Source of the DNA: Lama guanicoe
Taxonomy: Eukaryota
Assembly (NCBI GenBank): GCA_013239625.1
Contig: MU054541.1
Span: 9,405,530-9,469,529 of the forward strand
DNA length: 64,000 nt
Direction of reading: 5' to 3'
This document shows, piece by piece, positions 26,062-38,765 of the stretch. Each line of letters starts with the position of its first letter. The first letter of the stretch is position 1. Both the position numbers and the translations under genes were made by a program. Under the pieces are notes generated by a model, which searched no databases, was not told the DNA's origin, and was given only the letters and a program-made list of their open reading frames with translations.

Positions 26062-26172
26062 TTTTTGGGGGTGGGTGGCAGGTCATTAGGTTTATTTGTG
26101 GGTTTTTTTTTTTTCTAAATGGAGGTACTGGGGAATGAACCCTGGACCTTGTGCATGCTAAGCACATGCTCT
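26062..26172 (-). mobile_element. tRNA-derived SINE of camelid type, 5' truncated
   Basis: Minus strand reads agagcatgtgcttagcatgcacaaggtccagGGTTCATTCCccagtacctccattt...aaataaacctaatgacc; Pol III B-box at 26132-26141; A-rich tail. Confidence 0.8.
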
Positions 26173-26563
26173 TAAACTCATATAACTACTAACCAGTATA
26201 TTGGAATTAGGATTAAAGAGCATACCAGGGTCTACTGACCAGGTACCACAGAGAAGGAGAGGACTCTTCAGCCTTAGCCTAACAGAAATGAGTGTTAGAA
26301 AACAAAACAATGACATTTTAGATCATCAGTGTGACAACACAAGATATAACCTTCTTTAAGAGATTAAGGCTATAAAAATGTTTTTAAAGACTGTAGAAAA
26401 ATAAATGTATATACCTTCCACATTTTTATACTTAGCAAGCCCTCTCTGGTCAGCTCCACCCTCATTTCCAGGAGATCCTTATGCTCAGGGTGGTTCAACA
26501 CAGAACCCCAAGTCCAGCCAGGCTGGAGGTCCTTAATGCTGTGCATGCTGGGGACCAGCTCTA

Positions 26564-26779
<216 letters not shown>

Positions 26780-27583
26780 TTAAGAGCACGCCTGCCTTCC
26801 GGGAAGGGTGACGTTCACCGCCTGCTAACAGGGACTGGATGCTCTGGACAACCTTTATCAAGGCCAGTCTGTAAAGTCTACACTTGTTCTTTTGCTTTTA
26901 CGGCGTCTAACCACCAGGCAGCAATTTCCAATGACCTTCGACCATTTGTCTATTTTGTCTCCATCTTTCTGACCGATTTTGCACGGATTTTCAAATGAGA
27001 ATTAAAATGACTGTTTCTTCATAATTTTTGAAAACTTAGAAGAACTGAGCAGGACTCAGAGACTGGAAAATCAGAATTCCTATTTCAGGGGGCAAAGGGC
27101 TTCACAGCATTCAACAAGTACCAGGACACAGTCTACCAAGGTCCTAGGAGAAACTCATCTTGTCCTCTCCCTACCTCTGCCTGCATCCAGTTTCTCCAGG
27201 TAGATAAATGTGTAGGGGGGTGGGGTTTAAGTGCCAGCTGAGGGCTGCAGCAGCTCAAGGATGCTGGGAAGTGCCAGAATCCTCGCAGTGCCTACCAGGG
27301 ATCCCGCCGTGTGGGCTGCAGACTTTGATCCTGCTTGAAGCTCAGCAAGACAAGGGGCAGCTAGTAGAGGATCAAAGCCTCCTGCACAACGGCCGTTTGT
27401 CAAATCAAAATCCCCCTCCGTGTGATTTCACCCTAGCCCAGGGGAGTTCTGGATAACTAGACATTAGAGTCAAATTAATTTTTAAAGAGGGCTGAAAGCT
27501 GTTCCAGTCAGATGCATAAATATCCACATGAAAGACTCTAAGTTATGTTTAGTCAGAAACACAGAAACCAGGAAAGCGATTAC

Positions 27584-27613
27584 CTGCCTTAAAACGGGAA
27601 GATAGACGATTCA
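27584..27613 (-). CDS. Candidate 30-nt in-frame microexon of PHACTR1, (V)NRLSSRFKA
   Basis: Pyrimidine tract + aag|TGAATCGTCTATCTTCCCGTTTTAAGGCAG|gtaatc; multiple of 3, stop-free in the phase-1 frame; branch-like ttaAc 35 nt upstream. No transcript evidence available. Confidence 0.4.
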
Positions 27614-29785
27614 CTTGTAGAAATAAAATAGAGAAATGACTCCAAGGTTAATCTTGGATAAATAATCCTTTCCTTTTGCTATGTTCCTCCCAAGGCTTTA
27701 ATTTTACACACACTGATGATACAGCAGCGAAGGATTTCTCTGCCCGCCCCTCCTCCCCCCGGTTAGAAGTGGCCTGATGAAATAAATGTTCAACAGAGCA
27801 ATTTATAAACCGACAGGCTTTAGACAGCATATGGTTCAAGGACATAGGCTATTTGGCCTGAATCTTCCATAAACATAGGAAAAATGGCTATAGTGGATAC
27901 CCAAAACCTCACGTGAAGCAGACCATATAAAGCACTGACTCTTGAAGACTATGGGTGCTTTTCCCCCCTTCTTTTCACTCGGCCTCTTCTATGCCTCAGA
28001 TGGTAACAGTGGTCCCCATGACTGTGACTGACAATGTGATCAGCGCTCCTCACTACTGAGAGCAGACCAGACTTCAGGCTGCTGCTGTGCTGTGGGCAGC
28101 ACACAGCTGAACTGCGTCTTCAGGATGGAAAGGGCTGCGGGTGCGAACGTGAACGCGCTGCCGTCCCAGGATGGATGGTCCCTAGTCTTCCTAACATGTT
28201 TTAATTTAGCTTGTTCAAATGCACACCGTGGGAAGTAGCTCTGCTGAAAGTTCCCAGTTGGTGAAATGACGATGCAGCTGCCATTAGGTTTAATACATCT
28301 CTGGGAAACCACTTTGACTTCTGATGTTCCCAGTGCAGTGAAAGTCCCGGATAAGGCCACCCGAGGAGGACGGGTTGCAGGGCTGTGGCCCTGTTCTGCT
28401 CCTTTGGGGCAAAGATGCAATGGAATGACTGCTATACATTTTAACTGTTAAAAGTACCACAGAAGCAATATTAGGGAAAAAAAATACAACAGCAGTCAGA
28501 TTGCTTTAGATTCTATGAATCTCTGTTCATCAAGGCAGCTGGTTTAGCGCTAGAGGTTTTGGTGGTAACAGAGAGGCAGTATGACTTACTTCTCTTGGGA
28601 ACATATTAAGTCTCAAAAAATTTAGCTCCCTATGGATTAAAAGTACCTTTGCTAAACTGCAAAGGCCCAAACCACTTTGGAGAAAAAATAATCTTGAAAA
28701 TTCTACTCTCGTAATTTCTAAATACACATTTCCATTGAAAACATGAAAGTAGGAGAAAAAAGAATAAGACACTGATCATATCACTACCCTAACAGAAAGC
28801 TTTTTCCCCACAAGTTTCACAGTTGTGTGTATCAAATTTTGTCCTGTTTTTTTAAAAACTTTGATAAGCATGTAATTCGCATGGTTATCGTCTTAATTAT
28901 ACTGAATGAACATGCAGAAGTTTATTTAGTTATCTCTTTGCGATGGGTCACAAAAGGATTTCCAATGTTCTATGCTATTATGAAAACAGAAATCTCTGCT
29001 GACTACCTTCCTGTATAAAATCTTCTCTGCAATTAGAATTCTCCCCCTTTAGGAAAGATTCCAGTAAGTGAAACTTCTGTGTATCAATATTTTAATGTCT
29101 GGTGACATATACCTGGATCTCGTGAAATCGTTTTTTTCCACAGCGTTTGTCCATTTACACAGCAGCAGGTACAGACCACAGAACTTTCTCAGCTTTTGGT
29201 CATCTCTTCAACATTAACACTAGTAACCATGTTTTATCTACCTACCTGCTCACATATATGTACAGACATATCTGGTAGAAATAAATTGAAACTATGCAAT
29301 AGATACACATTCATCATTAATACTATTTATGACTAAGATGACAAGTGACAAAAGTGAAACCTGATTTGCATTCCTATGATGTGGGGATAGAACGATGCTG
29401 CTTCTGTTGAGTAACTGTTATTTTAAAGTTCCTATGACATGTTCAAACCCACACAGAAGTAGAAGCGTTAATGTACTAGACTCCATGTAGGAAAACCGTC
29501 TCCCCTGGGAGGAATTTAACCCTCCTGAACAAACCGAGTCTTACGGATTATTTATATTTCCATCCATCTAGATCATCACTGTCTCGTTATCATTAACAAG
29601 ATGGGAAAGAGCTCACTGAGTACTGGAAATTATTTTGATGTTTTACAGGCTCTTCTAAAATTATCTGTAACGGTGGTTTTCAAAACAGTACAATTGCTCT
29701 AAGTGTAAGACGTCTCCCACTAGAGTCAACAAAGCACGACGAGGAGGAAGGAAGCGGGCAACAGAAGAGACCTGATGGGTGAAGG

Positions 29786-29964
29786 CAAGGGCTCTCACAC
29801 CTCAGCGGGCATCACAGCTTCCTGGAGGGCACTTACAACACAGGCTGCTGGGCCTCATTGCGGAGTTTCTGACTCGGGGGGTTGGTGCACGCACGTCTAA
29901 CAAGTACTTGGGTTATACCAAAGCTGCTTTTGCTGGTCAGGGTTCTGCACTTTGAGAACCACTG
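29786..29964. mobile_element. MER5A-like hAT-Charlie MITE
   Basis: cctggagggc...aacacaggctgctgggcctc...gagtttctgactc...tctaacaag...cactttgagaaccactg terminus. Confidence 0.75.
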
Positions 29965-31619
29965 GACTGGAGGTAAGGAATGTCACAGAAGCAAGAGAAC
30001 CTGGAATGGCAACAGTGCCTTTTCCTGATGAGGTTTAGGACAAGAAATGCTGTTTACGTGGCTAACACAGAACAGAGAGAGTTGGTTTGACTCTCAAAGA
30101 CAAAGCAGGAGGTTGCGCTGTCTAACCATGGATTATGAATATGAACTTGTCACGATGGACACTGGGACTGGAGGTGGCGATAGGGCGGGGAAGAAAGTAC
30201 ACTGTGAGCCAGATGCAGACACATCCGACAAGGCAGAAGTAGGTCACAGAAGCGGCAGAGAAAAGAACGCAGAAGTGAGTGCAGGTGAGTGTCATGACTT
30301 AAATGGTGAGACGTGGGAAGCAATGGATTAAGAGAGAACTGGCCACGGACAAGGTGCGGGCCATCGGCTCCTCTTCTCCTTGTCAGGTGTAAGAAATAAA
30401 GATGTTGGTAGAATCAGGCTCACATCAAATCAAGGAGCGTCAAAGGCAAGGTGAGAGTGAACGACTTCATCCAACCGACAAACACCAGGGCAGACCCTCT
30501 CGTGAACAACAGGGATCACATACCAGAACTCGCTGACCCTTACAAATGGATTTGCTCTTAGCTCCTTATGATACCTGGAGAAACGACTGCCAGGTCGCTG
30601 CCTCCAAACCCTGGCGCTGAATCGCACCCTGCCCGGCCTCTCCTCCCACAAGGCAGGTGTTGTGCCAAATGCTAAGGAGAAAACAGACGTGCCCTGGGGA
30701 AAGAGTGCGGCAAGACGTGATGCAGAAACGCAGACAGAGCGGACCTCGTGTGAGCTAGCTGGTGTGCGGGTTGGAGGGCAAGAAGTGGATAAGAAAAATA
30801 AAAGGTGAAGGAGAACAGAAGATGTATGCTCAGAATAGACGGAGACCACACAGGGGATCTTGTCTTGCATAAAATTTTCTTTATGTTCTAAAAGTACAAT
30901 CTGCGTAAAAGAAGGCTGGCTCAAAAGATACTTCAAAAATATTTGTTTGGTTCAGTTTGTTAAGGGATTACATCCACCTACAACTGGGTATTAACTTTGT
31001 GATTTTATTCCAAGTGGGTCTCAAAAAAAATTGTTGTCTTGTTATTGTTGTTTGTTTTGCTGTAGGAATATTCTCTGATTTTACGGTGACTGACATCAAT
31101 GTCTGATCAATTACATTTCTCAAAGTTTAAGGCTAACCGAAGACTTTTTTCAAGTGGATGAATGTCTCTATGGAGAACAGGCAACAGGAATTCCTCTGGG
31201 TTTTCGTGAATGCCTGTGTAATGACAGTTTTTGTTTTTTAAAAAAGTGCATGAAAGTTGGACATTTTGTTCTGAGGGCACTCAGGATTCATGGCCCCATA
31301 GAGGCCAAGATTAAAAAAATTTCAATTCTGAAAACCAAAATACTTTAAACAAACTCACCACTTAATCTAATTTTCCAGGATACGTATTATGGTTTATATA
31401 AAAGCGTATGTTTAAAATTGTATTTCTAGTTGGATAAGAACTATTTATTTGATAAATACTAGTTGAATATGAGTTTAAAGAACTGCTTTACATCTATATA
31501 TTGAATCACTCATTACTGCAATAAATTTTACCAGGTCATAAAGCTAAAAATAAAACTTTAAAACTACAATTGTTTAAATAGATAAATAAAAAAATACATG
31601 TGTATACACACGCACACAT

Positions 31620-32110
31620 TTTTAGTTAGGCTGTGTAACAGGGAAGCCAGATGGAAAATTTTAACTTACTCATAAACTTTTAGATTTTTAATTTGCAAAT
31701 GAAAATGCTGTACACCCAATATAAGGAAAAACCCAAGCAGCATAGTGGGGAAATATGAACCAAACTAAACATAGCTAATAAAAGAATGGCTATTCCAAGT
31801 ATGCAGACTATTTGTACAAATAAACAAAAGTCAAGTCCCAGGTGCCACTTGTGACACGCACAGCCTGGCTGGGAATGAAAGAAATGCAAGTGAAGTGACC
31901 CTGCGGGTGACGCGGACCCAAAACAGTGTGTTTGAAACAACGTCAAGGACGAAAGCAGGCGTGGAGAACAAGATGTACATGCTGATCACAGTGACCTCAA
32001 GATGAAATATGTATGCAGCTCAGCCGAGTTCTGCAGTGCGTTTGGCATGACAGAGCAGAGCTTAATGATCACTAACTTTTTCTTTTGGAAAACATGCTTA
32101 TATGTCTAAA
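31620..32110 (+). mobile_element. Old L1M(E)-type 3' fragment
   Basis: aatgaaaatgctgtacacc...ggaaaaacccaagcagcatagtggg...aatggctattccaagtatg; heavily diverged. Confidence 0.4.
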
Positions 32111-33339
32111 AAATAAAAAAGGGCATGCTGCCTTCTTAAGTTATACGAAAATATAATAGGTTTTTTGGAGGGAAAAACCCTTTCCTTGCTCGTCTGGTTT
32201 CTTGAGGTATTTTCCCTGAGCCCGGCTTCTTACCCCTTCTCCACAGGTACCTCGTTGTTAGGATGCAACCACTGGGCCCTGTTTCTCCACCAGGTGGAGC
32301 AAATCCATCCAAACAGGGAGCACAGGGGACTCTGCATCCTCCCCTTACCCCCGTGGGCCAGTGCTGCTTCAGGACTCTGACTTTCCCTCCTGGTGGGCTG
32401 ACTTGGGGAGAGTAGAGAGTTATCGGCCTCATCACTGACTTCCCCCCGGTTAGAGTTTATTGGTAATAAAGGTGATACCCTACTTCAATTCTCACTTATC
32501 TTAGCCTTCAAATGGTTCAGAAACTCAGAGAGGGAAGAAGTGTGCTAATACTGGACCACTCAGATGCTTAACAGTCTGGAGACGTAAGGGAAGAGAATGC
32601 TTTTTTCCATCTCAGGTAAAAAGAAACTGAAGGACCCACTGACAGGTGCCAGAAACGATGGTGGTATAAGCCATGCTCTCCTGAGAGGCCTATGTGTCAA
32701 TAAACAGAGGGGTGCTGGTGAGCACCCCTAACTCATTCTTGAGGGGCAGGAAGAGAGAAGCAGGGACAGTGGAAAGGAGCCAGACTCTGCGCACCAGGAG
32801 GGCGGTGTTCTTGTTTTTGCTGTCACTACGATGGACCTCAGTTTGTCTCTTGAAAACAAAGTGACTGTGATGAATGTTGTCCAACGTTCTTCCAGATTCA
32901 AAGTCCGGATTATCGACAGATGCAAAATGAGAATAAGCTCTCCCAAGCCTGCAAACAAGCCTGAAACAACAGATCAGCTAAACTAGCAAACTGTTTTACC
33001 TTTGTTCCAGAAAGGAAACAAAAGTTTTCCTTTTTCTCCTACAACTTACTCTACTTGTGCACATTACAGCAAGAACTAGGAACAACATTGATTGATTTCA
33101 TGTTTACCATTAGCCAAATAAAGCTTTATATTTTTATTTTTAAAAAAACTAGTAAGTTTTAGTGTAGAGCTAGAGGCTCATAATGTACATAAAACCCTCT
33201 ATACACAGCTGAGAGACAAGGAGGAAGAAAGGAAAGAGGGAGAGATGGCAAAAGAAATATTTTTGGAGCATTTGGAACATCTTCAGTATCAAGTACCACA
33301 CTGGGCATCTTACATATAATAACAAAATTTTGTAAACTA

Positions 33340-33500
33340 TATTATTTCAGGAATATATTATGTGCCAGGCTCTTGTTCCCTTAATATATATAAAACAATC
33401 CTATGAAGTTGGTACCCAAATTATCCTCATTGCATAAAGAAAAGTGAACATTAGATGATTCAAGTAACTTGCGTAAAGTCATATAACTAGTAGGTGCTGG
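33340..33500 (-). mobile_element. MIR SINE
   Basis: tattatgtgccaggc...aacaatcctatgaagttggtac...tatcctcatt...aagtaacttgcgtaaagtcatataactagtagg. Confidence 0.75.
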
Positions 33501-35569
33501 GCCAGTACGTGGTCAGAGTGAGTGTGTGAGACCTCATTTAAAATGACTGACTTAAAAATTTTTATTTCCTTAAGGATGTCAAAAGGACAATATAGCAAAC
33601 CTTTATAAATCAGACATGTAACTGTCACAGCTCAAATTCTGCTACTGTTAGCACTTGAGGCAGAGGAGAATAATGAACATCACGAGATCGTGGTTACACT
33701 GATGCTTCCACTGTAAAGAAAAACAATTCTGTAAGTGATGCAATGTGACAGTTTTAGACCGAAAACATTAGGAAGTGTTAACGACACTACATCTCTGTTG
33801 GTAACGCAAATGTGTAGAATTCACACATGCATGCCTGTGAAAATTCAAACACGTTTTCATTCCCTGGTGATCACCGATGGCTCTAATTAAAGCAAAATCA
33901 AAAGGTGAAGCCACCTATGTTAAAGCAAATGATTATCTTGGCAAAGACATGGAAGAGGAGCCCTCATGCAGGCATTAGCTAATTGTTTTGTCCCTCTGAG
34001 ACAAGAGCGGCTGTTGCGGCTTCCCAGACGTGCTCTCTGACCATAAAGGGCATCTCCACTGAGTGGCTGGTGAGTTACCCTGCGGAGCTGAAGGTACTCT
34101 CCCGAGAAGTGTCACTCTGGTGGTGGTGAGCCACAAAATAAAGACTTCGATTTTGTTTGTTTGTTTGCTGACACTGATATACCCTTTCCATTAGAGTGGG
34201 AAAAAATTAAACAGTGCTACAGATCTCATTGTGAAGAATTTTAAACACACACGGAAAGCAATGCATCTCTATTAACATTGCATATTTACTAATTAATTTG
34301 GGGATTCTTGCGAATTTAAAAAGACGAACTGAAAGTCTTACTTGCAAAAGCGAAAACTAGAGCGTGTCTCCCTGTCTCTCTCTCTCTGTCTGTCCGCCTC
34401 CCTCTTCTGGTGCACTTTCTTCCTCAGTGAGGAAAAGTCATTTTAAGTGTGTGTCTGTATGTCTAAAAGTACCCGTGTACCCCTAGGATTTAAGGCAGAA
34501 ATTGCAGGAATTCTGTAAGGATCAGAGAACCTATATTTTCTGAATCCACAAGTTAGAGAATCTTCCCGCTTACATTTTACCTCTGTTTGCAGGCAGAAGT
34601 CTTTGGATGATTCTGACCAGCCTACACAGAACAATTCTGCCAGAGCCACGAGGTCTTCTGTCTGATACAGGAATCTTTGTAACTCACAGAATCCTTCTGA
34701 GCCTAATACTACCTTGAAAATCTGTGCAAGATGGATTTCAATCTCAGAAGGCAGTCAATTCCCTGATACTCTGATTGGATGATGTTAAATATAGGATGGA
34801 ATGGTACATGTCTTTGTGCTTGGAGAACTTGGTTTTTTGGTTGGTTGTTTTTAAATAGTTGCTATTGTTCTGGATTTAACATCCTATTTTGATGTTAATG
34901 ATTTTTCTGCTCTTGTTCAGAGATCTTTGCCTAAAACAATGACTTCCTATCACAAAAGTGGCATTGGCTTTGGGTAGCCTCGGCTTTGGGTAGCCTCTTT
35001 TCCTTGCACTTCCCTATAGCTCTTTCCCGCTGGATTTATCAGCATTTTCTGCCTTTTACTGGACCTCAAGGTCAGCAAACCACAGCTCATGTGGTTTCTC
35101 GGCTGCTTCCGTGACTCCAAACACCTCATCTGTGGTGTGTCTCCCAGGGGTGTTTCTTTCACCTGCCTCCCTCGGTACAGTTATGCCTCCCCCCAGTCTT
35201 CACACCAGGTTTTTACATCATTTATCCTGAGGAACTGGGATGGTTTTGACCACTATTACCAAGTCACCACCCTCGTCTCCCAGGTTTGTAGCTGTAAGAG
35301 GATCTACCATCTTGCTATTCCTGGGCATCTTGGTATCAAAAATGCAACTGGAGCAGAGACTGAATACAAAATGAATGGAATGGCACAGTTTCTCTCCTAC
35401 ATTATTATGTGATAGTGTAGATCTCACAGAATCATACATCGTTGTGCAAGGGGCCTTTCAGAGTTAACAGGGAATCCAAGATTTAAAAAAATCTTTACTG
35501 GCTGGAGTTGGAGGAGGAAAGTGATGAGGGCTGACCACTTCAAAATTTAAGCAGCTCTGTCTCTCCAGC

Positions 35570-35774
35570 TGAGCTCTCCAACAGGAAACCCCTTGCCACG
35601 TACGGCTATCGTTTAAATTAGCTAAAATTAAATAAAATTAAAAAGGCAGTTCCTCAGTCAGACTAGCCACATCTGAAGGGCTCAACAACCACACGTGGCT
35701 GATGGCCGCTGCACTGCCCGGCAAAGGTGATGGAGCATTCCTGCAATTGCTGAAAATTCTGTTGGACAGCACTG
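35570..35774. mobile_element. MER3/MER33-like hAT-Charlie element
   Basis: aaaattaaataaaattaaaaaggcagttcctcagtcagactagccacatctgaagggctcaacaaccacacgtggct...aaattctgttggacagcactg. Confidence 0.8.
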
Positions 35775-36989
35775 CTCAAGACAGACTTAAAAATCACAAT
35801 AATGGGCCTAACGAATATGCAAAAGTGAACCCGTTTCTGGAACCGGGAGATTGAAATGATGTTGCTAAACTGGTCCACATCACAACGAGTGGGCAGTTTA
35901 GCGGATATTTCCTTTAGCGATGAAGCAGTGGTGGGTGGAGCACAGCGGGGAAAGACAGGGCTTGAGAGCACGTGCAGCCCCGAGAGCAGCAACACACAAC
36001 TAAAGGGGGGGGGCCTTCGGGGAAGTCCTGTTGCCTCACAGTGGAATCTTAGGGAACTAGGGAGAGTCTAGGCTGGGGTGAAGGGGAGCCAGGCAGGGGA
36101 GACAGGCATGTAAAAAGAGCAGAGAAGCAGTCCAGGCCACATGTCCAGTGGAGACCACCGCTGACACTGCGCACTCACTCTGGGCAGGCAGTGCTCTAAA
36201 AGCCCAAAATGGATTGTGTCCCTTGACCCTCCGACAACCCTATGAGCGGACGAGCCAGGGCAGAATGGAGTCGCAGGGTCAGCCATCCCCGGATGCTCCC
36301 AGAGACTCTAGGAAAGCCCGCTGGTTGGTAACAGACTGTCTTCAATCAAGCAGGCTGGAAGCTGGGCGCAGTGAGAGGATGAGAGGAACGAAAGGCTTTG
36401 CTGGCGGGAGCAGTCTAGGATCCTGCGGTTACATTCAGACAGCAGAGCCCAGGGAGGTGAGAAGCCGCCCTGTACCAGGTATAGACAGAAGGTGACGCTG
36501 CTGGGACCAGAATCCTGGGCTTGGGGCTCCTAGGAGAGTGCAGCTGTTTCACAGACATTAATGTGGGGGTTAAGGCCCAACGCCCCACTGGCCTGTCTAG
36601 CTCTGTAAGAGTCCGAGGCAAACGCATAAAGTCAGGAAAGTTTTCCTAAGCATAACCAGCTTTCCTTATATTGGCTACTACCTTCCAGAGTCCGGTCTGC
36701 CTTCTCATTACAAACATCAGTGCAGGTCAGTGGCTGTGGAACAACCAGGCGTCAGAAGCAGGCGGTGATGCTCACCATGCCCCAGGCACCCTGCCCTGTC
36801 CTGACTTCACATCGGGGCCCAGGCCAGGCAGTTGGACGGGTGGTATTGTGGTGGGTCTTCCAAGGATAACTCATACTAGGTAGCAGCTCTTGGGAGTTGA
36901 CTGCACCTGCAATACTTTGGTTTATGGAAACATCTGTCAAAATTAGGGGGAAAATATCCAGTGGTTATCTCTAAAAATTTTGCTCAATG

Positions 36990-37437
36990 AGAAATAAGAG
37001 TAATTCTGGAGAACTTATGGGGCCAGGTTTTCTTGCTCACAGGAAGAGATACCAAGAAGGGAGACAGCCCTCTCTCTCTCCTCTGGATATTGTCTGCATA
37101 TGACGCTGGAACTACTGCAGCCATCTTGTTACCATGAGGAGGTGTAGCCTGAGGATGGCATTATCTTAGCCATGCTACTGAGATGATGAACTAGCCAGCC
37201 CTGAAGCTGCCCTACCACTCAATTTTATGATGTGAGATTCATTCATTCCTTCTTTCCCTTACTGACTCATTCATGCAGTAGTAAATGAGCGCTGACAAAT
37301 GCCAAGCATTGCTCAAGGCCTTTAGTTTGCTTTAGAAGGTAAAGCACACAAAGATCATTGGTCTAAATTTGCTTATTGCTGCAGCCTCCTTGAGTTGAGG
37401 TTTTTGTTACCCGATACCACAAGCATTTTAACGTACA
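36990..37437 (+). mobile_element. MLT1(J/K-like) MaLR LTR, diverged
   Basis: tgacgctggaactactgcagccatcttgttaccatgagg...gccagccctgaagctgccctacc...gagttgaggtttttgttac...aagcatttttaacgtaca-type 3' end. Confidence 0.65.
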
Positions 37438-37517
37438 CATTGCTGACGGCACACTGGCTTCACAGGTAACTAAACAGCCTATGATTAAACAGCATAGAAA
37501 TCATCAAAAGGACACTT

Positions 37518-37550
37518 ATCATAAAAAATAAATAAATTAAAAAAAATTTA
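37518..37550 (+). mobile_element. 33-bp tail-only retrotransposon insertion with perfect 12-bp TSD
   Basis: aaaaggacactt (37506-37517) - atcataaaaaataaataaattaaaaaaaattta - aaaaggacactt (37551-37562). Confidence 0.75.
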
Positions 37551-37562
37551 AAAAGGACACTT

Positions 37563-38765
37563 CTTGATCCTTATGTTATTTGACATGTCTGTACTTGACA
37601 CTTTGGATCATTTTCCCCCCACTGAACCACTGTCTCTTGTCTTGGCTTCCGTGATGCTACACATTTCAGGTTTACTTCCTGTTTTTCTGTCCGCTTCTCA
37701 GTCTTTGAGGGTTTTTCTTATTCCCAGGCCATTTTTTTTTCACTCCCAGATCATTCAGTGCTGGGGTGCCATGGGGTTTTCTACCAGGACCACTTATTTT
37801 CTCCTTTTACATCTTCTCTGAGAAATATCATCAATTTCTATGATTTCATGGCCATTTACACATGGATGATTCCAAATCCGCATCCTCAACCCAGATTTCC
37901 CGCTAGAGCTTCAAATCTGAACATTTAGGGGTCTGCCTAGAAATCTGGATATCTCAAAACTCAGTGCGGTCACACCACTGCAATACTTTGTGCCCTAAGC
38001 TCACTTCTTGTTAGTCCCCAGCTCAGTGAATGTCCCCTGTATCTGCTGTATCTGTCCACCCAGTTGCCAAGCCAGAATCCTGAGTGTCAGTCATGCTGAC
38101 ATCTTCCCCTTCTCTCCCCAGATCTAAGCAGTCACAGGCCCTCTTGACTCTGGCTCCTACAATCCTCCAGCCTGTCCCCTCACCCACCTCCCTACTACCG
38201 GCCATCAGGCCATCTGAATCCCACAACAGTGGCTAACTAGTCTCCCTGACTCATGTCTTGGTCTCCCTCCAAGTCCTTCTCCCCCCACAGGCAGAAGGAT
38301 GAGGCTGCAAATCTGATGGTGTAGAAAATGCTCCCAGAGCTCCTCACTGCTCTCAGGATAAAGAACAAGCAACTAATGTCATTTTTCTGCTTGCATGGTC
38401 TGCCCCGACTCCCCCTCACCGCACAGACAGGCTGGACTCTCTCTCTCCCTAACTTGGTGCCTCCACATGTGCTAGTCCTCCTATTTAGAGCATTTCCCTA
38501 CCCATCCCACCTTCCCCAGCTCCTCCTTATCATCCTCCAGGTTTCCTTCCAGGATGCCTTCCCTAAGTCTCCAGGCCTGGGCAGATGATGCTTCCATGTG
38601 CCCTAAATATCCCATACTTTCCTCATCATGACCATCAAGCACCTGAACCCATCCCAGGACTGTAAGCTCCGTGAGTCAAGGGAGCCACCTTGTCCCTCCT
38701 GGTGCCCGGAACGGTGCCAGCAACGTAACAGGGACTCAACCAACACACAAGAGATGGATACATTT
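37563..38765 (+). mobile_element. L2 LINE, long diverged fragment
   Basis: tgacactttggatcatt...catggatgattccaaatc...caacccagatttccc...cacccagttgccaagccagaatcctgag...ggactgtaagctccgtgagtcaagggag...aacggtgccag. Confidence 0.7.

Noticed and set aside
26120-26172. tRNA-like sequence
   Set aside because: Only a B-box-containing remnant followed by SINE body and tail; no cloverleaf or A-box, so a SINE and not a tRNA gene.
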